Shown here in pieces: positions 48,194 to 57,765 of a DNA stretch of 64,000 nt. The translations under genes and the position numbers were made by a program. The first letter of the stretch is position 1. The number at the start of each line of letters is the position of its first letter. The stretch is from Marivita sp. (GTDB lineage Bacteria > Pseudomonadota > Alphaproteobacteria > Rhodobacterales > Rhodobacteraceae), in the NCBI RefSeq assembly GCF_965216415.1, contig NZ_CBDCFU010000001.1; one strand, 5' to 3'. The notes under the pieces are model-generated. The model made no database searches, was not told the DNA's origin, and saw only the letters and a list, made by a program, of their open reading frames with translations.

Positions 48194-51067
48194 ATGCGCG
48201 AGAACACACGTCTTGGGAGCCGTTTGCGCACCGCCGTTTCGGGCGACGTTCTGGGAGATGCCGCCTCACGCGCGCGGTACGCGACAGATGCTTCAATCTA
48301 CCAGATGGTTCCTGAAGCTATTGTCATTCCGCGCAGCGAAGAGGATGTGCAGGCTGCAATGCAGATCGCCCGCGAAGAGGAGGCGCCGGTTCTGCCCCGA
48401 GGCGGAGGCACGTCCCAATGCGGACAAACCGTCAATCGGGCGGTGGTGCTTGACAACACGCGGCATCTGAATGGCATCCTGGACATTGACGCCGAAAACC
48501 TGACCGCCCGCGTGCAACCCGGCCTGGTGCTGGATGAACTTAATCGCGCGCTCAAGCCACACGGGCTCTGGTTTCCGGTCGATCCCTCAACCGCGTCGCG
48601 CTGCACGCTGGGGGGAATGGCCGCGAACAATTCCTCTGGCGGAAAATCCCTGCGCTTCGGAATCATGCGCGACAATGTCCGCGCCATTACTGCAATTCTG
48701 CCGGACGGCACCAAGGCGAGGTTCAACGGGACAACACCCGAACCGGGGCCTTACGCCGATCTGGTCACCGACATGCGCGCGCTGGGGCGCCGTGAGGCCG
48801 ATGAGATCGACGCACGCTTTCCGAAGGTGCAGCGTCGCGTCGGTGGCTACAATATTGACGCGCTCGTCGGCAATGACGTGAACATGGCGCATCTACTGGT
48901 CGGCTCCGAAGGCACGCTGGCCTATTTCACCGAGCTGGAGCTGAGCCTTGCCCCCCTGCCCGGCGAGAAGGTGACAGGCGTTTGCCATTTCCCGAGCTTC
49001 TATGCTGCGATGGAAGCCACCCAGCATCTCGTCAGGTTGAACCCGCAAGGCGTTGAACTGATCGATGATACGATGATCGAACTGGGCCGCGACATTCCGC
49101 TCTTTCGCAAGACGATCGAAGCCTTTGTCCAAGGTGATCCGGCCGCCCTCTTGCTCGTTGAGTTCGCCGAAGGCAGTGCAGACGGCAATGCCGCCAAGCT
49201 CGCTGAGCTGTCTCAGCTAATGGGGGATATCGGTTTTTCCTTCACGGGCACCGGACAGGCCTGGGGCGGTGTCGTTCCAGTGACGGACAATGCGTTGCAG
49301 GGTGCGATCGCTGAATATCGCAAATCTGGCCTCAACGTGATGATGTCCATGAAGGAAGCCGGCAAACCCATTTCCTTTGTCGAGGATTGCGCCGTCGCGC
49401 TACCGGACCTCGCGGAGTACACACAGGGCCTTACAGATATTTTTGCCCGTCATGGGACAAAGGGCACGTGGTACGCCCATGCTTCGGTCGGATGTCTGCA
49501 CGTGCGCCCGGTCCTCAACATGCGGCAGGACAAGGATGTCCAGACCATGCGCGCCATCGCGGAGGAGGCGTTTGACCTGGTCAAGCGCTACAAGGGCTCG
49601 CATTCCGGCGAACACGGCGACGGAATCGTACGCTCCGAATTCCACGAAAAAATGTTTGGCAGGCGGATTGTCTCTGCCTTCGAGGAGGTAAAGGCGCGAT
49701 TTGATCCGCATGGGCTCATGAACCCCGGCAAGATCGTCCATGCGCCCGCGATGGATGACCGTCGGGTGTTCCGTTATGGTCCCAATTATACGGTTCCGGA
49801 GTTCGAGACCGCCCTTGACTGGTCCGCATGGCCGGGCGCGGCGGGCGGTTTTCAGGGCGCCGTCGAAATGTGCAATAACAACGGAGCCTGTCGCAAGCTC
49901 AAGGGTGGCGTCATGTGCCCCTCTTTCCGCGCCACACGAAACGAACGCGATGCTACGCGCGGGCGGGCGAATACGCTGCGTTTCGCTATCAGCGGCCAGA
50001 TGCCCGGAGGTCTGACCTCGGACGCGATGGCCGATACGATGAAATATTGCGTGTCCTGCAAAGGCTGCCGCCGCGAATGCCCCACGGGGGTCGACATGGC
50101 CCGGATGAAGATCGAAGTCCTGGCCGCGCGCCGCAAGGAAAACGGGCTGACGCTGGCAGACAAGCTAGTGGGCTACCTGCCCCGCTATGCGCCCAAGGCT
50201 GCCAGGGCCGCGTGGCTGATGAACCTGCGCAACAGGATCGGCCCGGTCCGCAAATTCACGGAAAGACTTACTGGAATTTCCCATCGCAGAGACCTGCCGG
50301 TTTGGTCCTCGACCCCGTTTCGCGATGACGAGGCACAGGATACAGATCCGCAGGTCCTGCTTTTTGCCGATGTTTTCAATCGGTATTTCGAGCCCGAGAA
50401 CCTGCGTGCGGCGCTCCGCGTTCTGCGCGCCGCCGGGCTACGCGTCGCGGTTGCGCAGGATGGCAGCGGTCGGGCACTCGATTGCGGACGCACGATGCTC
50501 GCGATCGGCTGCGTCGACGAAGCGCGGTCCGAGGCACGGCGCGTGATCGAGGCAACCAAGGACGCGGTGGCGCGCGGCATTCCGATCGTGGGTTTGGAGC
50601 CGTCTTCTATCCTCACCTTCCGTGATGAATTTCTGGCGCTTTGCCCAGGACCGGAAACCGAGGCGTTGGCCGCCGTCACGCACACGTTCGAAGAGTTCCT
50701 CGCCAAGCGCCCTGATCTTCCGATGAAGCCTCTGGAACGACCAATCTACATACATGGCCATTGCCATCAAAAAGCGCAGGAGGCGGTGACGCCGATGCTT
50801 GACCTGCTGCGGCGCATTCCGGGAGCTGATATAACCATGATCGAAAGCTCCTGCTGCGGCATGGCGGGGGCCTTTGGCTATGCCCCCGATACGATAGATG
50901 TGTCTCTCAAGATGGCTAATCTGGATCTTTTCCCGGCCCTCGAGAGCGCCCCGGAGAACGCTATCATCGTGGCAGACGGCACATCCTGCCGCCATCAAAT
51001 TGCCGACGGCACACCGCGCCGCGCAATTCATGTCGCTCGTTTGCTCGACCAAATCCTTTGTGAATAG
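48194..51067 (+). CDS. FAD-binding and Fe-S oxidoreductase (GlcD/GlcF-like fusion, 2-hydroxyacid dehydrogenase family)
   Basis: 'YATDAS', 'RGGGTS', 'SGEHGDG', 'CNNNGAC', 'CVSCKGC..C', 'CCGMAG'. Confidence 0.88.
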   Translation: MRENTRLGSRLRTAVSGDVLGDAASRARYATDASIYQMVPEAIVIPRSEEDVQAAMQIAREEEAPVLPRGGGTSQCGQTVNRAVVLDNTRHLNGILDIDAENLTARVQPGLVLDELNRALKPHGLWFPVDPSTASRCTLGGMAANNSSGGKSLRFGIMRDNVRAITAILPDGTKARFNGTTPEPGPYADLVTDMRALGRREADEIDARFPKVQRRVGGYNIDALVGNDVNMAHLLVGSEGTLAYFTELELSLAPLPGEKVTGVCHFPSFYAAMEATQHLVRLNPQGVELIDDTMIELGRDIPLFRKTIEAFVQGDPAALLLVEFAEGSADGNAAKLAELSQLMGDIGFSFTGTGQAWGGVVPVTDNALQGAIAEYRKSGLNVMMSMKEAGKPISFVEDCAVALPDLAEYTQGLTDIFARHGTKGTWYAHASVGCLHVRPVLNMRQDKDVQTMRAIAEEAFDLVKRYKGSHSGEHGDGIVRSEFHEKMFGRRIVSAFEEVKARFDPHGLMNPGKIVHAPAMDDRRVFRYGPNYTVPEFETALDWSAWPGAAGGFQGAVEMCNNNGACRKLKGGVMCPSFRATRNERDATRGRANTLRFAISGQMPGGLTSDAMADTMKYCVSCKGCRRECPTGVDMARMKIEVLAARRKENGLTLADKLVGYLPRYAPKAARAAWLMNLRNRIGPVRKFTERLTGISHRRDLPVWSSTPFRDDEAQDTDPQVLLFADVFNRYFEPENLRAALRVLRAAGLRVAVAQDGSGRALDCGRTMLAIGCVDEARSEARRVIEATKDAVARGIPIVGLEPSSILTFRDEFLALCPGPETEALAAVTHTFEEFLAKRPDLPMKPLERPIYIHGHCHQKAQEAVTPMLDLLRRIPGADITMIESSCCGMAGAFGYAPDTIDVSLKMANLDLFPALESAPENAIIVADGTSCRHQIADGTPRRAIHVARLLDQILCE

Positions 51068-51076
51068 GAGGACGCT

Positions 51077-51757
51077 ATGCCTCTGACCGAAACCATTCAC
51101 CGCGCTACGCTGCATGAGGAACTTGTCGAACGACTGCGCAATCTCGTCGTCGAGGATACGCTGAAACCCAATGAAAAGGTGCCCGAAAAAGAGCTCTGCG
51201 AAGCTTTCGGAGTTTCGCGGACTCCGCTCCGTGAGGCGCTCAAGGTGCTGGCCTCCGAGGGGCTGATCGTGTTGCATGCTAATCGCGGCGCACGCGTGGC
51301 AACGGTAACACGCGAAGAGCTGGAAAAAACCTTCCCGATCATTGCTGTTCTGGAACAGCTGGCTGGCGAACTGGCCTGCCAAAATCTTACCGACGCCGAG
51401 ATCGAGAGTATCCAGAAACGCCACGACGCGATGATCAATGCCTATCGTTCGAAGGATCGCCAAGCTTATTTCCAAGCAAATCAGGACATCCATAACGCTC
51501 TGATCGAGGGCGCACGCAACGACATTCTTGAAACGCATCACCGACTTCTTGCGTCCCGCGTACGCCGGGCTCGATTCATGGCCAACCTGTCTGATGACCG
51601 CTGGGCGCAGGCCATCCACGAACACGAGCAGATGATGGAAAAGCTGCGCGACCGCGATTCCCAGGGCCTGGGCAAACTCATGAAGAGTCACATGATGAAC
51701 AAATACGCGGCCCATACCAAGGCAATGGATGCACATTCCGAAGACCCGGTCGAGTGA
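51077..51757 (+). CDS. GntR-family (FCD) transcriptional regulator
   Basis: 'FGVSRTPLREAL', 'NQDIH', 'HEH'. Confidence 0.9.
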   Translation: MPLTETIHRATLHEELVERLRNLVVEDTLKPNEKVPEKELCEAFGVSRTPLREALKVLASEGLIVLHANRGARVATVTREELEKTFPIIAVLEQLAGELACQNLTDAEIESIQKRHDAMINAYRSKDRQAYFQANQDIHNALIEGARNDILETHHRLLASRVRRARFMANLSDDRWAQAIHEHEQMMEKLRDRDSQGLGKLMKSHMMNKYAAHTKAMDAHSEDPVE

Positions 51758-51823
51758 TAAGCCGCAGCGCGGAACCGCGACAGAAAACAGACAATACCTA
51801 ACATTCGGGAGGAATATCGGGAT

Positions 51824-52600
51824 ATGACCAGCGACATCTCGTCGGAACAACGGGGCACGGCTCTTTGGGTGCAGTTCAATCGTCCAGAGGCACGCAATGC
51901 CATGACCTTTGCCATGTACAAGGAATTAGCCCGGCTGTGTGACGAGATGCCCACGGACGGATCCATCCGTGCGATGGTCGTCTCCGGTGTAGGAGGCAAA
52001 GCCTTCGCGGCAGGCACAGACATGACGCAATTCCGCGCCTTCGAGACGGCTCAGGATGCGTTGGATTACGAAGCCGAGATCGACCGCGTGCTAACTGCCG
52101 TGGAGCGCTGCCCGGTCCCGACCGTAGCGGCAATCCACGGCGCCTGTACCGGGGGAGGCGCATCGATCGCAGCGGCATGCGATGTCCGCATCGCCAGCGA
52201 AACGTTGAAATTCGGCTTTCCGATCGCTCGCACCTTGGGGAATTGCCTGAATGCCGGGAATCTGGCCCGGCTTAGCGAACTCATGGGCGCGGGGCGTGTG
52301 CGTGAACTCATCTTCACAGCGCGGTTGATGGGCGCCAAAGAGGCAAAGGAAGCCGGTTTGGTATCGGAAATTCTGCCTGACGAGGACGCGCTGATGGCAC
52401 GCGCGGACGAGTTGGCGGATCATCTGGCCAGCATGGCACCTCTTACGTTGCGTGCAACAAAGGAAGCCATGCGCCGCAACCGGGCGGCGCTGGCCGCCGA
52501 GGACAGTGACCTCATCACAATGTGCTACATGAGCCGCGATTTCAAACACGGGCTCGAAGCCTTTCTAAACAAGACCAAACCAGAGTGGAGCGGAACATGA
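51824..52600 (+). CDS. Crotonase-superfamily protein (non-canonical)
   Basis: 'FNRPEARNA', 'AFAAGTDM', 'GGGASIAAACD', 'GFPIARTLG'; both hydratase Glu absent. Confidence 0.85.
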   Translation: MTSDISSEQRGTALWVQFNRPEARNAMTFAMYKELARLCDEMPTDGSIRAMVVSGVGGKAFAAGTDMTQFRAFETAQDALDYEAEIDRVLTAVERCPVPTVAAIHGACTGGGASIAAACDVRIASETLKFGFPIARTLGNCLNAGNLARLSELMGAGRVRELIFTARLMGAKEAKEAGLVSEILPDEDALMARADELADHLASMAPLTLRATKEAMRRNRAALAAEDSDLITMCYMSRDFKHGLEAFLNKTKPEWSGT

Positions 52601-53799
52601 GCAAGAGTGGTCCCCTGACCGGAATGAAAGTAATCGAACTGGCCCATATCATGGCCGGCCCCGCTTGCGGAATGATGCTGGCCGACATGGGGGCCGATGT
52701 CATCAAGGTCGAAAAGCCGGATGGTGACGACAGCCGCCGCTTCCTTCCCCCCGAAATCAAGGGCGAAAGCGCCGCTTACATGATGATGAACCGCAACAAG
52801 CGCGGCATTGCACTGAACCTCAAGGACCCGGACGCCATCAAGGTACTGCGGACGCTTCTGGACAGCGCCGATGTGGTAGTCGAAAACTACCGTCATGACA
52901 CGATGGACCGGCTCGGACTTGGTTACGAGACGCTGCGCAAAAGCAATCCGAAGCTGGTCTATTGCTCTATCAGCGGCTTTGGCAGGACCGGACCTTATGC
53001 CGAGCGTGGTGGGTTCGATCTTATTGCGCAAGGCATGTCAGGACTCATGTCGATTACCGGCGAGGGGCCCGGTCGTCCGCCAGTCAAGCCCGGTGCGCCA
53101 ATTGCAGATATTACAGCAGGGTTTTTGGCTGCGCTCGGCTGTGTGGCGGCCTACACCAATGCACAGCAAACCGGCGAAGGACAGATGGTCGACACCTCGC
53201 TTTTCGAGGCGGGCATTTCTCTCACATATTGGCAATCAGCCATTGCATTCGCGACTGGCACGGCACCTGGCCCTCTCGGTTCGGCACATCCTCTGAACGC
53301 GCCGTATCAGTCCTTTCGAGCGCGCGACGGCTGGATCAATATTGGCGCGGCCAATCAACGCAATTGGACCCGGCTGCTTGAAGTCGTTGGTGCCAGTGAG
53401 CTTCAGGATGATCCACGTTTCGGCAGCAATGCAGATCGGATAAAAAATCTTGCTGAACTTGTACCGATTCTGGAGGAGCACCTGCAAAAGCGCGATACGC
53501 ACGATTGGCTTCGCCTGATGGATAAGGCCGGACTGCCCGCAGGGCCGGTGATGAACGTGTCAGAGATGCACCGCGATGAACAGGCGCTGGCCAGGGAAAT
53601 GATCGTGGAGACCGATCATCCTGTCGCCGGACCGGTCAAGGCCATCGGCTTGCCAGTAAAATTCAGCGGAACACCGGGGAGCGTTAATCGTCCCGCTCCT
53701 ACCCTTGGCCAGCATGGACACGAAATTCTGTCTGAATACGGCTTTTCGTCTGATCGCATCGCAGAACTGGAACGATCTGGCGCAGTAATCAAGGGCTAG
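52597..53799 (+). CDS. CaiB/BaiF class III CoA-transferase
   Basis: 'ADMGADVIKVE', 'NRNKR', 'ENYR', 'APIADI'; ATGA overlap. Confidence 0.9.
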   Translation: MSKSGPLTGMKVIELAHIMAGPACGMMLADMGADVIKVEKPDGDDSRRFLPPEIKGESAAYMMMNRNKRGIALNLKDPDAIKVLRTLLDSADVVVENYRHDTMDRLGLGYETLRKSNPKLVYCSISGFGRTGPYAERGGFDLIAQGMSGLMSITGEGPGRPPVKPGAPIADITAGFLAALGCVAAYTNAQQTGEGQMVDTSLFEAGISLTYWQSAIAFATGTAPGPLGSAHPLNAPYQSFRARDGWINIGAANQRNWTRLLEVVGASELQDDPRFGSNADRIKNLAELVPILEEHLQKRDTHDWLRLMDKAGLPAGPVMNVSEMHRDEQALAREMIVETDHPVAGPVKAIGLPVKFSGTPGSVNRPAPTLGQHGHEILSEYGFSSDRIAELERSGAVIKG

Positions 53800-53879
53800 G
53801 ATCTCACCTTCGCCAACGGGTCCCGCTTCGTTAGCGATACGCGATAGACCGCCCCAGTCTACAAAACGCCTGTGGGCGA

Positions 53880-54030
53880 GTCCTCCTATCGATGAACGTC
53901 AAAGAATACTGGTTCTGGCGGGCGGTCGATGCGAGCAGGGGTGTGCTGAAAACTCTCATTCAGGCCTAGCGAAACGCGAGGCCGGCAAGGCGATCACTTG
54001 CTTGGCCAGACAGCAGGCTCGGCGACGCTT
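53880..54030 (+). mobile_element. Short IS6-family transposase remnant
   Basis: 'KEYWFWRAVDASRGVLKTLIQA*RNARPAR' resembles the IS6 'YLWRAVD..G..LD..VQ.RR' core. Confidence 0.6.
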
Positions 54031-54304
54031 GTGGCGAAATAACCCATTCATCACGTTAATATCATTGGCCTTATTCGACTTCTTCCAATTTCTCCAAGCT
54101 GGAAAAGTTCGGAACCCTTCGAAAACATGGTAAGGGCCCGTGCGCTTCTACACCGCCGGCACCATATCGTGGCGACGAAGAACCTGCGAGCGTCGCTGTA
54201 AGCAACTCGGACCGGTGCATCGGTCTGATGGCGGAGAGACCGTCGCCGAAGGAATTCACATTCTTATGCGGCGCGTTGATACCAAAGCTGAGGCAACGCG
54301 CGAG

Positions 54305-54683
54305 TGTGAATCGGCATGCAAAATTGACCCACCTGTTTTCGTTAACGTCCGCTCGAAAGTGCGGAGGAAAGAGCAGGTGTTATTGATGGAAAGCGTATCG
54401 AAGATCCGACGATAGCTATTGGTTGATGGTCGCAGCATCCGATCTGTTTCGTCATCGACAGGATTATCGCGGAACACGATCAAGAAGTATCTGAAGGGCA
54501 TTGATCTAAAGAAATGCGGGCCACGTACCCAACACAAACAGGATCGTGGTAGCTGTCCACAAATGGCAATGCACACCACAAAGCAGCGCCCGGACCCGGG
54601 ATCGCGTAAGCGATGTGCCTGCGAATACCGCTTCAAAGCCAATTCCGGATTCTCCCGGTCCACGGCAACCTGAAACACCGACA
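54305..54683 (+). mobile_element. Internally deleted IS21-family element
   Basis: Left end TGTGAATCGGCATGCAAAATTGACCC; IstA-like 'MESVSKIRR*LLVDGRSIRSVSSSTGLSRNTIKKYL'; possible IstB tail 'EYRFKAN'; right end uncertain. Confidence 0.6.
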
Positions 54684-54733
54684 GCGCGCTCTTGCGCAGT
54701 GAGGGCATTCTGAATTTTCAGCAAAATGAAGAC

Positions 54734-55813
54734 TCAGCGTTCGCCGTGATGCAGTCCGACTTTCTGTGGCGGCGGCGCTGTGGTCTGACGCAGAATCAGT
54801 TGTACCTCGACCGAGCGTGGCTGAGACACGTCCTTACCGTCCAACCGGTCAAGAATATAGGCCGCAGCGGTGTCGCCCATCTGTTCGGTGGGGACATCGA
54901 CCGTGGTAAGCGGCGGGTTAGAATGTTTGGACAGTTCCAGGTTGTCGAAGCCGACGATGGAGATGTCCTCGGGTATTCGCAGGCCTCGTTCCCGACATTC
55001 GACGATAGCACCAAGCGCCAAAACATCATTCCCGCAGATCATCGCCGTCGGCAAAGGTCGGATGCGCGACAAAAGTGCCGCGCAAGCTTCGCGACCATTA
55101 GCGATGGAATAAGGGCGCTCGATGATCCGTTCGGGTTCAAGCTCAATCCCGTGATGCAAGAGCTCCTTTCGAATGCCATTCAGACGATCAAGCGTACGAT
55201 CATTGTCATGTGTGCGACCCGAAATAACGCAAAAATTGCGATGACCCAGATGCACCAGATGGCGCGTGATGTCCGCAGTTGCAGCCTCATTATCGAAGCC
55301 AACACTGGGGTGGTCTCGTTGTGGGTCAAGCGTATAGGTACACACGAAACACACGTCGTGCTGGTGCAGCAGGTCGTAAAGCGCCGGATCATGCTTTTGA
55401 CCGATCAGAATCAACCCCTCGGCGCCGCGTTCAATCAGAAGCCTTGCTTCCTTTAATTCGGTCTCCAGATCGTATTCAAAAGTCGCGACCAACGCCGAAA
55501 TCCCGGCCGCAGAAAGGCGCCGCGTGGCCGCGCCGACAAGGCTTGCATACAGCGCATAATCGAGCGTCGGGATCAGCGCGCCCACCATATGAGAGCGCTG
55601 CGAGCGCAGGGCCCGGGCCGCATGGTTGCGTACATACCCCAGTTCCTTCATCGCGTTTTCAACGCGGATGCGCTTGTCGGGCGACACCTTGCCTGGGTTG
55701 TTGAGCACGCGTGAGACTGTTGCTGGCGCACAGCCAGCCAGTCGGGCGACGTCCGTCACGCGGACCTTAAGCGTAAAATCTTGCAATCGATTTCTTAATT
55801 CTGAGGTCTTCAT
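54734..55813 (-). CDS. LacI-family transcriptional regulator
   Basis: 'VTDVARLAGCAPATVSRVLN', 'ICGNDVLALG', 'SIVGFDN', 'PLTTV'; start could be TTG 55786. Confidence 0.92.
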   Translation of the reverse strand: MKTSELRNRLQDFTLKVRVTDVARLAGCAPATVSRVLNNPGKVSPDKRIRVENAMKELGYVRNHAARALRSQRSHMVGALIPTLDYALYASLVGAATRRLSAAGISALVATFEYDLETELKEARLLIERGAEGLILIGQKHDPALYDLLHQHDVCFVCTYTLDPQRDHPSVGFDNEAATADITRHLVHLGHRNFCVISGRTHDNDRTLDRLNGIRKELLHHGIELEPERIIERPYSIANGREACAALLSRIRPLPTAMICGNDVLALGAIVECRERGLRIPEDISIVGFDNLELSKHSNPPLTTVDVPTEQMGDTAAAYILDRLDGKDVSQPRSVEVQLILRQTTAPPPQKVGLHHGER

Positions 55814-55898
55814 ATCGTCTTTTTCAGGCTGCAAGTCGGATTCTATCAGGGTTTTACCCACAAGAACAAATAAATATTGACTCAAAATGAGAGTTAGT

Positions 55899-55914
55899 TT
55901 GAAATCGATTTCAA
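55899..55914. promoter_or_regulatory. LacI-type operator overlapping TRAP operon promoter
   Basis: Perfect palindrome TTGAAATCGATTTCAA with central CG; TTGACT 17 bp upstream; weaker copy at 55781-55796. Confidence 0.72.
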
Positions 55915-55955
55915 TTTATTAGCGCCCCGGAGAAGAGGGTGTAGGGAGGGATGTC

Positions 55956-56450
55956 ATGAAGAGGCAAAGACACTCGATCATGCTCAGGGCTTTGCTGGGA
56001 CTCACGAAAGCATCCATCATCGTGATCTCGATCGTCATGGTCCTCGTCACGCTGGCGCAAGTGGTATTTCGATATGTGATCGCCGCGCCGCTGCCATGGT
56101 CCGAAGAGCTGGCGCGTTATTGTTTCGTCTGGATTGTCTTTCTAGGTGGCGCGGTCGGTTTGTCGAAAGGCATCCATCTTGGTGTCGATCTGGTCGTCAA
56201 CTTGCTACCTGAAACGGCGCGTCGCGTCATGGATGGCCTCACAACGGCGCTTATCGCGATCTTTGCGGGCACCATGATCTACGCCAGCCTTCCCGTCCTG
56301 AGCATGAACATGTTCCAACGCTCACCGGCTCTTGGGGTGCAGATGACCTGGATTTACATGGCGATCCCGGTCTCGATGGGTCTGATCGTTTTGATCTGCG
56401 TCGAACGTTTGGTCGCCAACGCCGTACCACCAAAATGGTCAGAGGATTGA
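55956..56450 (+). CDS. dctQ: TRAP transporter small permease
   Basis: 'PWSEELARYCFVWIVFLG...HLGVD'. Confidence 0.9.
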   Translation: MKRQRHSIMLRALLGLTKASIIVISIVMVLVTLAQVVFRYVIAAPLPWSEELARYCFVWIVFLGGAVGLSKGIHLGVDLVVNLLPETARRVMDGLTTALIAIFAGTMIYASLPVLSMNMFQRSPALGVQMTWIYMAIPVSMGLIVLICVERLVANAVPPKWSED

Positions 56451-56456
56451 TCCCGC

Positions 56457-57734
56457 ATGCTGATAATCCTCTTCCTTACCTTTTTCGTTTTGCTGCTGAT
56501 CAATATGCCGATTGCCTTTGCACTGGGCATCGCGACGCTAACGACATTGCTATTCAACGACACGCTTCCCATCAACAGCATCGTCACGCGTGCCTTTGTC
56601 GGCGTCGACTCCTTCACTCTTCTGGCCATCCCGTTTTTCATCATTGCCGGAGAGTTGATGAACGCCTGCGGCATCACCGAGCGGATCGTGGCCTTCGCCA
56701 GATCACTGGTCGGCCACATACGCGGCGGGCTCGCGCATGTCTCGATCGTGTCCAGCATGTTCTTTGCGGGCATATCGGGATCGGCAACGGCAGATGCTTC
56801 CGCGCTCGGCTCGATGATTATCCCCGCGATGAAAAAGAACGGTTTCGACGCGGATTACGCCGTCGCGGTCAATGCCTCTTCCAGCGCAATCGGCCCGATC
56901 ATCCCGCCGAGCATCATGATGGTCATATATGGATCAATTGCGAATGTTTCGATCGCACAACTCTTTCTCGCCGGTTTTGTGCCGGGTGTCGCCATGGGGC
57001 TGGGACTGATGGGTGTGGCCTATTACATCGCAAAAAAGCGCAACTATCCTGCCCCGCCCCGAAACGAACTGCCGCCAGTCCTGCGGTCTTTCGGAGAGGC
57101 TGCCATCGCACTGTTGATGCCTGTCATCATCCTTGGGGGCATTTTCTCGGGAGTTTTTACCGCGACCGAAGCGGGAGTTGTGGCAGTCGCCTATGCGGCG
57201 ATTGTCGGGACGTTCGTCTATAAGACTCTAAGCTTCAAGCTGGTCGGGGAGCTTCTGGTCAACGCTGCGGTCACGACGGCGGCCGCGATGTTCCTGATCG
57301 CCATGGCCACGTCTTTTGCTTGGCTTCTAGCCTGGGCCGGGTTCGGTGCCGCCGTGCTAGAAGTGCTTGGTGGCATATCAAGCAATCCAACCTTTGCGCT
57401 TCTGCTGATCGTCCTGTTCATCCTGATCCTTGGGCTGTTCATCGAAGGCATTCCGATCCTGATCATCTTCACGCCAGTACTGCTGCCTGTCATTCTCGGT
57501 TTGGGGATCGATCCGGTATTTTTCGGGGTGATCATGGTCATGTCCGTGGTCATCGGGTCGGTCACGCCGCCGGTCGGCATCTTGACATATATCTCCTGTT
57601 CCATTGGCGGCATCACGATATCGCAGGCGATCCGAGGTCTGCTACCGTTCTGCGCGGTGCTGATCACGGTTCTGCTGATCTGCACTGTCTTCCCCGCAAT
57701 CGTCATGACGGTGCCGACGCTGTTCGGGAACTGA
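56457..57734 (+). CDS. dctM: TRAP transporter large permease
   Basis: 'AIPFFIIAG', 'GGLAHV', 'ISGSATAD', 'IIPPSI', 'TPPVG'. Confidence 0.92.
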   Translation: MLIILFLTFFVLLLINMPIAFALGIATLTTLLFNDTLPINSIVTRAFVGVDSFTLLAIPFFIIAGELMNACGITERIVAFARSLVGHIRGGLAHVSIVSSMFFAGISGSATADASALGSMIIPAMKKNGFDADYAVAVNASSSAIGPIIPPSIMMVIYGSIANVSIAQLFLAGFVPGVAMGLGLMGVAYYIAKKRNYPAPPRNELPPVLRSFGEAAIALLMPVIILGGIFSGVFTATEAGVVAVAYAAIVGTFVYKTLSFKLVGELLVNAAVTTAAAMFLIAMATSFAWLLAWAGFGAAVLEVLGGISSNPTFALLLIVLFILILGLFIEGIPILIIFTPVLLPVILGLGIDPVFFGVIMVMSVVIGSVTPPVGILTYISCSIGGITISQAIRGLLPFCAVLITVLLICTVFPAIVMTVPTLFGN

Positions 57735-57765
57735 CAAATCCAACACAATAAAAGGGAAAACTGCT

